From positions 310,001 through 374,000 of the forward strand of contig CDRNVI010000004.1 of assembly GCA_977017575.1 (NCBI GenBank): a stretch of DNA of 64,000 nucleotides, in the 5' to 3' direction. The notes below the pieces were generated by a model, which saw only the letters and a program-made list of their open reading frames with translations, did no database searches and was not told the origin of the DNA. Source of the stretch: Paramoeba atlantica (Eukaryota; Protista; Discosea). A program made the translations under genes and the position numbers. Positions 1 to 10,670 of the stretch are shown in pieces. The first letter of the stretch is position 1; the number at the start of each line of letters is the position of its first letter.

Positions 1-330
1 TAAAAAAGGAAGCAATCCACGCCCAATCCATCCGCGCGTTCCGGACCGGGTCTTTCGACCTCACCACGGCCTGACTTGTTGACCCTTCCCTTGTTATATG
101 GGAGGGCGCAGGCGCGGGCCTGTGTCGACAGCGACACGGTCGCGAAACAGGATGCTGGTCGACGGGGAGGAGATTCACTTCCCGTGTACTACCTCACTTG
201 GGGTACCTAGCCCTCGCGGGCTAGGCGTGAGCATAGACTCTGTCGACCCGACCAACATCCAGGCCAGAAGTTTTCCTTACTCTTCTTTGCCATACCCCAC
301 AAGTGCAGGGCCTGTGTTCGCCGAGGAACT
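1..330 (-). mobile_element. Family A RLE retrotransposon 3' fragment (last codons ...SANTGPALVGYGKEE*) plus structured 3' UTR
   Basis: Near-identical to 53110-53410; stop at 277-279; runs off window start. Confidence 0.85.
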
Positions 331-884
331 CTTCTCTTTTTTTTTTTTTTTTTTTCTTTTTTTCTTGTCTTTGTTTTTTTTCTTTTTTTCTTGTCTTTGT
401 TTTTTTTGCAAATAATTGGGGGGAATAGTATTGAGTCTAACTTTTTATGTATGGAGTCCAACACTTTGTTTTTTTTTATATAACTAGCAAATACATGCTT
501 TCCCATCTTACCCACTTCCCCTTACCAATCTTACCAGCTTTCCAGGGAGGGTAAGGTCTCCCTCGGCTAGGAGGGGCAGACTTTCCCCGAACCATTCGCG
601 CGTTCCGGACCGGGTCTTTCGACCTCTCCCAGCTTGCCTTGGTAACCCTTCTCTTGTTGTACGAGAGGGCGCAAGCAATGGGCCTGTGCCGACAGCGGCA
701 CGGTCGCGGAGCATGATGCTGGCCGACGGGGAGGAACAAAGTTCCCTACCCATGTCCTACCTCACTTGGAGTACCTAGCCCTGGCGGACTAGGCGTGAGC
801 ATAGACCCTGCCGGCATCGACCAGCATCCGGACCAGCTGTTCGGGTTCCGGCTGAGCGGCCCATCTTGCACATCCGTCATCGTG

Positions 885-3071
885 CTATTGCTCGATTAAA
901 GGGGGCAAGGGGTCCACAGCCGGCAGGCGCGTAATCATCATGCGCGCCTGGCAACGCATCAATGTTACGTTCATGTCGGTCACGAGACGGAGCGTAGAGG
1001 CCTCGTCTGTCAAGATACCGTTGGACGCTTTTGCCCTTCGTTCTCCAACCTTCCGGAGAACGGCTAAAGCACTGGCACTCCAAGAGCCATAGCTCTCGAC
1101 CACCATAGCTGTGAAATCGCTTCCGGCATCTTCAGATTCACGGCGTTGTCGGACTTTCTGCTCTGAGGCATAATGCTCTGCGAAGGACCCCGCGGCCACC
1201 CAGCTAGCATTTCGGACTGTGTCCGTGTATTTAGATTGCTGGGCGTGAGTGACCGCGAAGTCAAGCACGATAGGTTTCCCGAGGAAGAGACTCGGAAGGA
1301 AGACGTCCCCGGGTCTAGTCAGAGCGCCTCCGGGGCCCCGGTTCCCGAGGCTTTTTTCCCGTTGGGGAGCTAGGCGTGCGTTACTGCAAGTATCGGCAAA
1401 GTGATCGGCCAAGGCGTTGTGACGGCCGATGATACCGTCCCCGTGCTTGCATGTGAGAGCGTGATCGCCGTGTATGTCCAATGGGAGTGTGCAGTTCCCC
1501 TTGGGACATGTACCTTCTTCCCCGTACACGGGCACACCTAACCACCAGCGGGATAGGATGCGGAATTCTGTGGGGTTAAAGGCGTGGCCCGTGTCTCTGG
1601 AAGGAGTTACGAACGCCCAACTGCTTGCTCCTTTACCACACTGAGAAGCCCAGCGTGCGCGAGTCCGGGCGTCGGCGTTTTCATATGCGTGCGAGAACTC
1701 TGTGGCAGAGATCGCGTAACTTATGTCTTTTTGGCGGGGGACGCTATTACTTGCCCAGTCGGGTGGCTGCGCGTCAACGCAATCTTCGGATGCGTAAAGG
1801 GGGTTTGTATCGTGTGGAAAGTCTTCGGAATGAGGCAATGCGCTGTCACGAGGAAGGGAAGGCGGATTTGCGGGTTCAAAGGGATGTCTGGTTTCTCCCT
1901 CGCGAGATCTCTTGGTGAAGCGAGCTTTGGGGGAGAGTTCTTCACATTTATGGCGCGGGATGGAACGCACGAGTCCGTTTGAGTCGAGTAGACTGATACC
2001 AACTTTCGAATTCACGTCTTCAATCGATTGTAGAAAGCCCTCCACTTCTGAAGCATCCCATGAGTCCGTGGCCGCCGCGAAAACTACAGAGGAGGCGTAA
2101 GCGGAGGATGCGTGCACGGTCGCCGATTTTAAACCGAAACCTCCGTGTCTTTTCAAGCGCTGAATTTGGGCGCGTGCGGAGGGAGGCAAAGGACATAGAG
2201 TGGATTCGACCGCGTGCATTAGGAAGTCGTCGAGCCGCTTGCAGAGGTTCATAACTGATTGCGGGGGCGTCGTTCGTAGAGCATGTACCAATTTGCAGAA
2301 TCCAGCACATTGTCGAATTAGCGCCATGGCTACCTGGGGGTCCCGGATTCTGGTTATGGCATCAAGGGCCATTTCAGCGGGCTCAACCGCGTGTGTCAGC
2401 AGATATTCAGTACAGTACTCAGGGGACCCAATTGGGCTTCCTAGGACACTAAAGTTACCGCACACGTTTATTTTGGCGTCGGGTATGTCCGGAAATATGG
2501 TTACAACGTTAGCCGAGGCAGGGGGGGTGATTATTTCGCACTTGGAAATGTTCAGATATAGGCCCCATCGCGGACCTACTCTGGCGATTGTATCCAACGA
2601 GTTCCTGACGTCTTCTGCCCTGCCAATGAGAATCCCGTCGTCTAGGTACCATAGCTGCAAGTCCAGGTCGGCCTGGTGATAGATTTCTTTTGCAAGTTCC
2701 AAGGAGACCAGTGAAAAGAAAAGTGGTCCCAGGGGATCGCCCTGTTGGACGCCTTCATCCGAAAGGAGTGTGTGGTCACGATAGGTCAAAGCACTAGTTG
2801 TCGTATAGCACCAGCTAGCCCAGGGGAACAATTCCGGAAAATGATCGCCTACAAGTTTCAAGAAAGTTGCTCTGCTAACGTTGTTGAATGCGTTGCTTAG
2901 GTCGACTTTACATAATACCATGTCGGGGTTGTCCGTATGAATTGTCATTGCGTGCCGGCAAGTGTGAATTATTCGTTCCGAACCGGCCGGTGTCGCGACG
3001 CCGAACTGTAGTCCCTTAAAAAATTCCCTGGCTTTGCTCCTCACTGCATTGCAAGCCGCTTTGCTTACCAA
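885..3071 (-). CDS. 5'-truncated family A (CRE/SLACS-like) RT-RLE protein; homology continues to ~3155
   Basis: QQGDPLGPLFFS, WYLDDG RT motifs; CKH..RHNAL..PGDVF..DFAVTH..ESYG zinc knuckle/RLE; 3' UTR and poly(A) down to ~409. Confidence 0.92.
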   Translation of the reverse strand: MVSKAACNAVRSKAREFFKGLQFGVATPAGSERIIHTCRHAMTIHTDNPDMVLCKVDLSNAFNNVSRATFLKLVGDHFPELFPWASWCYTTTSALTYRDHTLLSDEGVQQGDPLGPLFFSLVSLELAKEIYHQADLDLQLWYLDDGILIGRAEDVRNSLDTIARVGPRWGLYLNISKCEIITPPASANVVTIFPDIPDAKINVCGNFSVLGSPIGSPEYCTEYLLTHAVEPAEMALDAITRIRDPQVAMALIRQCAGFCKLVHALRTTPPQSVMNLCKRLDDFLMHAVESTLCPLPPSARAQIQRLKRHGGFGLKSATVHASSAYASSVVFAAATDSWDASEVEGFLQSIEDVNSKVGISLLDSNGLVRSIPRHKCEELSPKARFTKRSREGETRHPFEPANPPSLPRDSALPHSEDFPHDTNPLYASEDCVDAQPPDWASNSVPRQKDISYAISATEFSHAYENADARTRARWASQCGKGASSWAFVTPSRDTGHAFNPTEFRILSRWWLGVPVYGEEGTCPKGNCTLPLDIHGDHALTCKHGDGIIGRHNALADHFADTCSNARLAPQREKSLGNRGPGGALTRPGDVFLPSLFLGKPIVLDFAVTHAQQSKYTDTVRNASWVAAGSFAEHYASEQKVRQRRESEDAGSDFTAMVVESYGSWSASALAVLRKVGERRAKASNGILTDEASTLRLVTDMNVTLMRCQARMMITRLPAVDPLPPLIEQ

Positions 3072-3156
3072 TCGACGTATCGTTTCTCCCGCTGCTATGG
3101 GGCGGACGTCATTTTCGCCCTTTTCAAGCGCGCAAAGTCTGGCTCCCGCAAAAGTT

Positions 3157-3157
3157 G

Positions 3158-3188
<31 letters not shown>

Positions 3189-3746
3189 ATGGAGTCCAAC
3201 TTTTCCACAATTTCAACACTTACGGCGCTTCACTTTCCCTTACTCCCCATACTTTCCACACCTTCTCCCCTTAGCCCTCTCGTACTTCCCTTTCCTCACT
3301 CCCTACCCCACTCACCGATCCGCATGCACCCAGGCCCGTATGGTCCTGCACCTCCGCTCCCACCCCGTTAGCAGTAATAAATACTTTTGGTTGCCGTACG
3401 AGGGTGGGAGACGTGGAGGCCACGAAACACAAAGACGTCGTCATGCCGAGTGAGAAGAGCGCGGAGAGAGACACGGGGCGACTGACGCAGGGGCGAGAGG
3501 AGGCGAAGCACGGGCCCATCTGCCAGGAACTCTGCCCCCACCCCGTGAGCAAGTATTGTATACTTTTGGCTGCTGACACGGGGGTGGGGGAAGCGAGAGA
3601 GAAACACAACAGGGGGGCAAGCGCACTGCGGAGGGAGGGTGGGGTGGGGGGATGCGGCGCAGGGGGGTGATGGGACGAGACGGGGAAGGGGGATGCCGAC
3701 AAACGCATGGGGGTGATGGGACGAGACGGGGAAGGGGGATGCCGAC
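3157..3746 (-). mobile_element. Non-autonomous SINE-like element X, 5'-truncated copy
   Basis: Near-identical to 9885-10405; poly(A) at 3157-3184; 39-bp tandem duplication near 3665-3746. Confidence 0.7.
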
Positions 3747-3772
3747 TTTTTTTTTTTTTTTTTTTTTTTTTT

Positions 3773-4490
3773 GAAGTTTTACTTTCTCAAGTTTACATAA
3801 GATTTTTTAACAATTCCCATCTGAATTTGCTCGCAGCACAATTTTATCGGCAGAAATTTATCGGCAGAAATTTATCGGCAGTCATCTATCGGCAGAAAGT
3901 TATCCTTGCAGAAATTTATCACAGCATAATTTTATCTTTGCAGAAATTTATCGCAGCATAATTTTATCTTTTCAGAATTTTTATCGCAGTAGAATTTCAT
4001 CGCAACGAAATTTATCTCAGCAAAACTAGAAAAAGAAGTTAGCATAAATAATGATCGCAGGCACCGCAGACCTGAATATCAAGAACACCATATGCAGTGT
4101 TGTATTTTGATTTTTGAGGTGACATGCATCATGCAAGAGACGTGCACTCCTCAGCAGGAAGAAGGAAACTTCCTGTCTCTTCAGTTTGCCGGAGCGTAAA
4201 TGGGTTATCCGTGCTCATCAACAAACCTCCGAGACAAGAAGCCTCACTTTCCTCTGCTTCAGAGTACACAATCTCATCACTTACCCATTGAAAGCATTCC
4301 GCAACACTCTCCATCTTTCCAGTTTGCCGGAGCGTAAGTGGGTTTTCCGTGCTCATCAACAAACCTTCAAAATGAAGAGTGTCTCGTCCTGCTTTCAACG
4401 AGCACATGATCTTTTTGCATGCGCATGCCACACTCAGTGCCTTTTTCACCTTTCCAGTGTCGTTTGTTTCGGAGCGCGGGCGAATTTCGT
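3773..4490 (-). mobile_element. Element Y (small ORF + degenerate GCAGAAATTTATCG repeats + poly(A)), 5'-truncated
   Basis: Reverse complement of 40430-40982; poly(A) at 3747-3772. Confidence 0.65.
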
Positions 4491-4683
4491 CAAAAACATC
4501 CAAGCAGGTTCCACGGGGGCAATGCGCGGAAAACTTCTCGAGGGCTAAGCGGACTGCTGCAGCTTCCGCACGGTTCACCTCATACGAGGATGACTCAGGC
4601 CACGCCTCTCCCGTAATCAAAACCTCTCCGCTGTCTAAATATATAATCGCTCCCCACCCTTTCACCGAGGCATCGGTGTAGAG
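4490..4683 (-). pseudogene. VIPER/TATE-like RNase H fragment
   Basis: LYTDASVKGWGA..EVNRAEAAAV..LDVF, nearly identical to 51958-52150. Confidence 0.88.
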
Positions 4684-4780
4684 TTTTTTTTTTTTTTTTT
4701 TTTTTTTTAGACATTATCTTCACCAGTACTGTAATATCAACTTCGCGAAGTAAGTATCAAAAATTTTTTTTTTTTTTTTT
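4643..4780 (+). repeat. ~140-bp direct repeat (partner 14662-14804), probable long TSD
   Basis: ataatcgctcccc...gtatcaaaaattttt identical apart from T-run lengths. Confidence 0.8.
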
Positions 4781-4785
4781 GTTTT

Positions 4786-5153
4786 TATGCAAATAAAGAA
4801 AATTTTTCTCTCTCTTTCTCCTCTTTCTCACCTCTTGACATACTTTTCCCACCTTTCTCCCTACTTTCCTGCTTTCCCCTACCCAACTTTTCAACTTTTC
4901 AGGGGGGGTAAGGTCTCCCTCAGCTTCGCCTCACCAGGCCTGCAGGCGGCTCCTCAACCATTCGCGCGTTCCGGACCGGGTCTTTCGACCTCTCCACGGC
5001 CTGACTTGTGGACCCTTCCCTTGTTATACGGGAGGGCGCAGGCGCGGGCCTGTGTCGACAGCGACACGGTCGCGAAACAGGATGCTGGCCGACGGGGAGG
5101 AGATTCACTACCCGTGTACTACCTCACTTGGGGTACCTAGCCCTGACGGACTA
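4786..5153 (-). mobile_element. Distal 3' UTR of the 10671-14582 element, displaced by nested insertions
   Basis: UTR breaks at GGACTA 10555-10560 and resumes at GGACTA 5148-5153. Confidence 0.75.
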
Positions 5154-5692
5154 TTTTTTTTTTTTTTTTTTTGCAATTAATAAGGGGGGAGAAGTATGAA
5201 TCGCGGCATTGCCTCTATATTTTGACCCAGTAGACGAACCAAGTAGGTCCATTGGGGGGGGTATACGAGTTAAAAACAAGCAATCAAATTAGCAATTCTT
5301 TTTGTTTCCACAGATGTACCTTTTGTTTTTTCTCAGCCCAAAACTAGCAATTTAATCTCCCCTAAGTATATACTACAAACAAGAAACAGTAAAAACTAAA
5401 ACAAGCAATCCAGACCCAATCCATTCGCGCGTTCCGGACCGGGTCTTTCGACCACTCCACGGCCTGACTTGTGAACCCTTCCCTTGCTATACGGGAGGGC
5501 GCAGGCGCGGGCCTGTGTCGACAGCGACACGGTCGCGAAACAGGATGCTGGCCGACGGGGAGGAGATTCACTGCCCGTGTACTACCTCACTTGGGGTACC
5601 TAGCCCTCGCGAGCTAGGCGTGAGTATAGACTCTGTCGACGCGACCAGCACCCTAATCGTCTTGTTACCCTAGAGGACCATGCCTGTGGGCC

Positions 5693-8600
5693 CTACTCCC
5701 CTTCCAGGGGAGCTTGGGGGTCACTGACGACTATCCGGGAGACCATCATGCGGGCCTGAGAGGGCATGAGTGTGACGTTAAGCTCTTTCAGAAGGTCATT
5801 TCGGGCTTGAGCATCCGTGAGAAGACCTTTTGACGAGTTGGCGCGCAGTGCTCCCACCTTCCATAAGACCGCCATTGCGCTTTTACTCCACGAGCCAAAA
5901 GACTCGACAACCATGGCCGTGAACCCTAGTTGTGCTTCTTCTGCTTCTTGACGTTGTTTTTCCTTCGTTTCTGAGTAATGCTCGGCGAAAGACCCTGCAG
6001 CCACCCAGCTAGCATTCCGGACAGAGTCCAAATACTTTGTTTGCTGTGCGTGGGTGACTGCGAAGTCTAGTACCATGCCTTTCCCTAGAGTGTACGTGGG
6101 GAGGAAAACGTCAGCCGGTCTGGTGAGACCCCCTCCTGGCCCCCGATTTCCTAGACTTTTTTCTCGCTGGGGAGCCATGTTGGCCTTGCTGCAAAAGGAG
6201 GCGAATTCTACACAAAGCGCATTGTGCCGCGTGATGAGGCCATGTCCGTTCTTGCACAATAATGCATGCTCCCCATTTTTCTGTAGGGGTAGGGAACACC
6301 CGTTTGCTGTGCAGGGGCGGTCTTGGCCATAAATGTCCATGCCAAACCACCAGCGCGATAACGTGCGGAACTCGGTTGGTGTGAAAGCAAAACCTTTACT
6401 CCTTGAGGGCGTGACGAAGGCCCAGCTCCCAGCTCCCTTTCCTGACTGTGAAACCCATCGTGCTCGGGTGCGGGGGTCGGCCTGGCCGTAGGCTGTAGTG
6501 AATTCCTGCTGCGATATGGCTTGGCTCAGTTGCTGCTGCCGGGGTATAACCATTTCCGGCTCGGCCGTCTTATCCGCGTCCATGTTGTTGAGTATGTGTC
6601 GTGGGCGTTTGCTTCTCGAGGTGCGGTTGTGTCTTTGGCTGGACTCTGGATGTGGTTTATTCTGTTTCGGGATGCGTCCTGTACCGGGATCCACAAGTTC
6701 TACCCCCGCCTTTCTATTCACGTCCTGCACGGAAATGGTGAATCCCTCGGCTTCTGAAGGGTCCCAATCGTCTGCATCGGCGGCGTGCGCAACGGAGGAG
6801 ACATATGCTGCTGTTGCGTGGAGGAGCGAAGACCTGAGACCAAAACCCCCGTTGCGCTTCTTACGTTGGATTTGGTCACGCGCGTGGGAATCCAGAGGGA
6901 AAAGTGCCCATTCCGCGGCTTTTAGAACATTTTCATCAAGGGAATTACAAAGCTCAGAAAGCGCCTGAGGGGGTGTCGTGCGAAGTGCGTAGACCATTTG
7001 ACAGAATCCAGTGCACTGCCGGATGAGGGACATGGCTACTTGTGGGTCTCCTATGAAACCTATTGCGTCTAATGTTTCGCGTGCGGGCTCAATGGCTTCT
7101 GACCTGAGAAACTCCACGCAATGCTCCGCTGACCCAATCGGGGAGCCCAAGATGTCGAAATTTCCATCAGTACGAGTTTTAGTCTTCGGTATCTCTGGAA
7201 ATAATCCTGTGAGATGGGATGAAGCAGGCGGTGTTATTATCTCACATTTCGATGGGTTTAGGAAAAGTCCGCATCGGGAGCCAACATTGGAAAAAACATC
7301 GAGCGCCTTCCTGACCTCCTCAGCCTCCCCTATGAGTACCCCGTCATCTAGGTACCAAAGTTGAGTGTCTAGATTCGACCGAGACGATATTTCTTCTGTT
7401 ACACTGGATAGTACTAGAGAGAAGAGAAGAGGGCCTAGTGGGTCTCCTTGTTGTACCCCCTCTGCCGAGGGTATGACATTGTCTCTGTAGGTAAGACAGC
7501 TCACGTTGGAGTAACACCACTCTACCCAAGGTGAGAGTTCGGGGAAATTTAAGCGCGTGGTTAGGGTGAGAACAGGCCTGCTGACGTTATTGAAAGCGTT
7601 TCTTAAGTCCACTTTGCAGAAGACAAAATTGTCACTCCCCAGGTTATTGAGCATGGCTCTCCGGCAGAGGTGGATAACTCGTTCGGCTCCCGCGGGGGCT
7701 GCTACACCATATTGTCGCCCGTTGAACAGAGTACCCGCTTTCTCCTTTATCGAGATACATGCCGCCTTGCTTACGAGGCGTCTAAGGGTTTCACCCGCTG
7801 CGATTGGTCGAACATCGTCCTCGCCTTTTTCCAGGGCGCAGAGCCGGGCTCCAGCGTAGAATGATTGGACGTCTTGTGGCGCTTTTCCTTGAAGCATGTG
7901 GTTCACTAGTCGCGTGAGGGCCGAGAGAGGATTCACATCCTTGTCCACATGTTCCAAGATGGCTGCCTGGAGGTGCTCTGGACGAAGGCCCATCGTGCCG
8001 GCTGAAGATCCCCTGCGGAAGCTGACGATCGCTTTTTTGACCTCTGTTTCCTCTAGGTGTAGGGGGTTGCCCTCGATCGGTGGTAGATCATTCTGCAAGG
8101 GATTTTCGTGTGGGTCTGGATGCTTCTCCAAGAGCTTTTCGAGGGTATCTGCATTGTCTGGCGCCATGGGGGCTGCGGTTAGGGCTGCCATTCCCCTGGA
8201 AAATTCCCCCTGGCGGGCCAAGAGTTCGGCTCGAATTGCCGCTCTGTCTGCATCGATTTCGGAGTCGCGTGATCTGGAGCGCTTTTTATAATGATCCCTC
8301 TGGGCATCTTCCCATAGCAAGAGGTACTCCCCCGCTAGCCACAGTTTCATGCGGTTTTCGACGTACGTAGAGTATGATGTGTGGCCTTTGCGACCGCCTC
8401 GGAAAGGTGCTGGTAGGACACACTTAGGGAGCATTGCGAGAAGTGTCCATGTCTCTACCGTGTTTTCCTTCACTGCGGATGTCAAGGATTGCGTGAGGAT
8501 GCTCGCCCAGAGGAATCTGCAACAGTGTGGAACGTCTTTGCAGGTACTCATGGGAAGTGCGCAGATGGAGCCGAGTGATGGCAAATTGTCTGTTGGATTT

Positions 8601-9283
8601 TCTTCTGCGTTTTGGGGACGTGCCGTTGGTGGGGCTAATGACCGTCCGGAATTGTTGCGGCCCCTGCAGTTTTTGGGGTGAGACTTGAGCTTGTTCTTGG
8701 CGTAGTGTCTGCCACAATCTCTGCAGAGGAATCTTCCCTCTCCTTCCCACCACTCGTTTGGAATGTTTTTGCCGTGTCGATGAGCTACATGGTGATAAAA
8801 TGCCTGCCATTTTCCGCTATGTGGTGGGGTTTTCCACGTACATCCTTCTGCTGGGCATTGACGTTCTACATCCTTCTGCTGCGTATTGGCGTTGTGGTAT
8901 GTGGTAGGGGCAGAATCAGTATTCTTGCGCTTTGTAGCCTTAGTTGGAGAGAAAATGTGGGCGGATGAGGCCTCCGAAGTAATTCCCACGTTGTTTGCCA
9001 CGACAAGGGAGTGATTTGTCTCTTCGTCCGCGGTCATTCTGCCTGTGTCCGGTGTAGGTTCCTCTGCCGCGATCTTGTAGGCTCTTTCGGTCCAGTGTTT
9101 AGGTACGTTTTCGGGGATAGGTGTCGTATACAAAAGTTCATTGTAGGTGCTTTGGCCGGAAATCAGGTGAGCGTTTCCTGCGAATTGGTCCCAATCTCCG
9201 GGTTTGTGTGACATTTGTTCCTGGCGAAAAGAGTCATCATCCATTGGTAACGCGTTGGCATCAAAGGAATCATCGGGCGGCAT
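5693..9283 (-). CDS. Full-length family A RLE retrotransposon protein (LsmAD-like N-terminus, two Zn fingers, RT, RLE)
   Basis: Intact 1196-aa ORF; CPAEGC..H..H, CRDC..H..C, QQGDPLGP, WYLDDG, RHNAL/PADVF/DFAVTH; SL at 9326-9357, poly(A) near 5154-5172. Confidence 0.95.
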   Translation of the reverse strand: MPPDDSFDANALPMDDDSFRQEQMSHKPGDWDQFAGNAHLISGQSTYNELLYTTPIPENVPKHWTERAYKIAAEEPTPDTGRMTADEETNHSLVVANNVGITSEASSAHIFSPTKATKRKNTDSAPTTYHNANTQQKDVERQCPAEGCTWKTPPHSGKWQAFYHHVAHRHGKNIPNEWWEGEGRFLCRDCGRHYAKNKLKSHPKNCRGRNNSGRSLAPPTARPQNAEENPTDNLPSLGSICALPMSTCKDVPHCCRFLWASILTQSLTSAVKENTVETWTLLAMLPKCVLPAPFRGGRKGHTSYSTYVENRMKLWLAGEYLLLWEDAQRDHYKKRSRSRDSEIDADRAAIRAELLARQGEFSRGMAALTAAPMAPDNADTLEKLLEKHPDPHENPLQNDLPPIEGNPLHLEETEVKKAIVSFRRGSSAGTMGLRPEHLQAAILEHVDKDVNPLSALTRLVNHMLQGKAPQDVQSFYAGARLCALEKGEDDVRPIAAGETLRRLVSKAACISIKEKAGTLFNGRQYGVAAPAGAERVIHLCRRAMLNNLGSDNFVFCKVDLRNAFNNVSRPVLTLTTRLNFPELSPWVEWCYSNVSCLTYRDNVIPSAEGVQQGDPLGPLLFSLVLSSVTEEISSRSNLDTQLWYLDDGVLIGEAEEVRKALDVFSNVGSRCGLFLNPSKCEIITPPASSHLTGLFPEIPKTKTRTDGNFDILGSPIGSAEHCVEFLRSEAIEPARETLDAIGFIGDPQVAMSLIRQCTGFCQMVYALRTTPPQALSELCNSLDENVLKAAEWALFPLDSHARDQIQRKKRNGGFGLRSSLLHATAAYVSSVAHAADADDWDPSEAEGFTISVQDVNRKAGVELVDPGTGRIPKQNKPHPESSQRHNRTSRSKRPRHILNNMDADKTAEPEMVIPRQQQLSQAISQQEFTTAYGQADPRTRARWVSQSGKGAGSWAFVTPSRSKGFAFTPTEFRTLSRWWFGMDIYGQDRPCTANGCSLPLQKNGEHALLCKNGHGLITRHNALCVEFASFCSKANMAPQREKSLGNRGPGGGLTRPADVFLPTYTLGKGMVLDFAVTHAQQTKYLDSVRNASWVAAGSFAEHYSETKEKQRQEAEEAQLGFTAMVVESFGSWSKSAMAVLWKVGALRANSSKGLLTDAQARNDLLKELNVTLMPSQARMMVSRIVVSDPQAPLEGE

Positions 9284-9325
9284 GGTGCGACCCTAGTAAG
9301 CAATAAAGAGAAAGAAAAATTAATT

Positions 9326-9357
9326 CAACAAGGTACAGAAACTGTATTTTTATCGTT
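9326..9357 (-). other. Spliced-leader relic at element 5' end
   Basis: 32-nt match (1 mismatch) to SL-like consensus; no GT donor after it. Confidence 0.8.
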
Positions 9358-9377
9358 TTTTTTTTTTTTTTTTTTTT

Positions 9378-9822
9378 TAGTAGGTCCATTGGGGGGGGTA
9401 TATGATTTGTAAACAAGCACTAAAATTAGCAATTTCACATTTTTTTTTTTTAAAGTTAGGCTCAAAATAGAAACAAGCAACTGTACGAAAAGTAAAAGAA
9501 TGTTCAACCGAGCAAACGGCCCAAAAAACAGCAAATAAGAACCCGTTCCCACCCCCAAAAAAAAACCTTCCCCAAAAAACGAATACCCAAAGCCCCAAAA
9601 AGAAACCACCCGAGAAAACCAGCAAATAGAAACGAGGTCTTGACACCGACTCCTTCACTTTCCTACTGAGCTCCTACTCCTCTTTTCCGTAACCTAAGAG
9701 CACTGTGTCAGGGGCCGCCGCTGGGGATCGTAATACAAGCATGCGAGCTTGCGACCTCATGAGGGTAATGTTGAGAGATGAAAGGAGGTGATGCAAGGCA
9801 TCGCTTTTAGGGAGGGTATCCC
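9378..9822 (-). mobile_element. Family A extreme 3' fragment with variant tail
   Basis: LNITLMRSQARMLVLR..GYGKEE* at ~9690-9820; tail matches 37050-37320. Confidence 0.75.
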
Positions 9823-9846
9823 CTTTTTTTTTTTTTTTTTTTTTTT

Positions 9847-10510
9847 TTGCAAATAATTGGGGGGAATAGTATTGAGTCTAACTTTTTATGTATGGAGTCC
9901 AACTTTTCCACAATTTCCACACTTACGGCCCTTCGCTTTCCCTTACTCCCCATACTTTCCACACCTACTCCTCTTAGCCCTCTCGTACTTCCCTTCCCCC
10001 ACTCCCTACCCCACTCACCGATCCGCATGCACCCAGGCCCGTATGGTCCTGCACCTCCGCCCCCACCCCGTTAGCAGTAATAAATACTTTTGGTTGCCGT
10101 ACGAGGGTGGGAGACGTGGAGGCCACGAAACACAAAGACGTCGTCACGCCGAGGGAGAAGAGCGCGGAGAGAGACACGGGGGGACTGACGCAGGGGCGAG
10201 AGGAGGCGAAGCACGGGCCCATCTGCCAGGAACTCTGCCCCCACCCCGTGAGCAAGTATTGTATACTTTTGGCTGCTGACACGGGGGTGGGGGACGCGAG
10301 AGAGAAACACAACAGGGGGGCAAGCGCACTGCGGAGGGAGGGTGAGGTGGGGGGATGCGGCGCAGGGGGGTGATGGGACGAGACGGGGAAGGGGGATGCC
10401 GACAAAAAGGAGTGTATTTGAGGGGGGTGCCCTCCCATGGTCTGGAAGATGGTGTATGGAAGAAAAGGGGAAATAATTCAACAAGGTACAGAAACTGTAT
10501 CTTTATCGTT
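9847..10510 (-). mobile_element. SL-headed, poly(A)-tailed SINE-like element X
   Basis: SL 10479-10510; last ~55 nt equal to family A tail at 409-465; no protein homology seen. Confidence 0.75.
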
Positions 10511-10670
10511 TCTAGTTTTTTTTTTTTTTTTTTTGGTGGTGTTTTTTTTTTTTAGGACTAGGCGTGAGCATAGACTCTGTCGACGAGACCAGCACCCTCA
10601 GCCTTCGAACATTCCGGGATCCGCGAGCCTTGGTTTAGGCTACTGCAAAATAAGTGCCGGTTGTGGATCT

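Noticed and set aside
98-753. Recurrent short ORFs over the 3' UTR module and antisense to RT genes
   Set aside because: By-products of a repeated GC-rich non-coding module and poly(T/A) tracts; no protein motifs
4129-4665. 178-aa ORF as a real gene
   Set aside because: Chimera of a VIPER RNase H fragment and element Y
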